Below are positions 44,530 through 44,533 of a stretch of 44,533 nt of DNA, one piece after another. Position numbers and translations under genes: made by a program. Below the pieces are notes generated by a model, which worked only from the letters and a program-made list of their open reading frames with translations, was not told where the DNA came from and did no database searches. Numbering within the stretch: position 1 is the first letter of the stretch; each line of letters begins with the position of its first letter. The stretch comes from Paludibacteraceae bacterium (GTDB lineage: Bacteria > Bacteroidota > Bacteroidia > Bacteroidales > Paludibacteraceae): positions 1-44,533 of the forward strand of contig JAFVHA010000129.1 of the NCBI GenBank assembly GCA_017478035.1, written 5' to 3'.

Positions 44530-44533
44530 AGGG

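Overview
Core chromosomal segment of a Bacteroidales (Bacteroidota) genome, judged from gene content, the lack of Shine-Dalgarno sequences and about 17 copies of the Bacteroides-type promoter (-33 TTTG, about 20 nt, -7 TAnnTTTG). Recognisable housekeeping genes: aspA (partial), ribBA, an LptF/G permease, cdd, tRNA-Glu(CUC), ubiE, groES-groEL, recR, a shortened RelA/SpoT homolog, rsmD, manA, galE, lysC, ribH, lepA, murC-ftsQ-ftsA-ftsZ, queH, a PagL-like acyloxyacyl hydrolase and a GT2 transferase. Accessory-looking genes are a BACON-repeat lipoprotein, an orphan KilA-N gene and an A+T-richer AAA+/DUF4143 ATPase. Three things stand out. (1) Almost every intercistronic spacer is made of degenerate tandem words of 7, 8, 10 or 11 nt that carry stop codons; because the period is not a multiple of 3, the stops fall in all three frames. 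The same words also run into coding sequence in murC, the GT2 gene, manA and lysC. (2) Many promoters are near-identical 35-40 nt cassettes, and four divergent gene pairs have back-to-back promoters on a TTGCATATG(N)CAA core. (3) Positions 41.5-44.5 kb hold a one-directional island of eight small ORFs. It includes four paralogs of an unrecognised family (one is below the ORF-track cutoff), has no canonical promoter, and carries a recurring GGGG/CCCC-clamped hairpin placed against start codons. I could not assign the island to any known system; it is the best candidate here for something undescribed. No CRISPR array, rRNA, transposase or integrase was seen.
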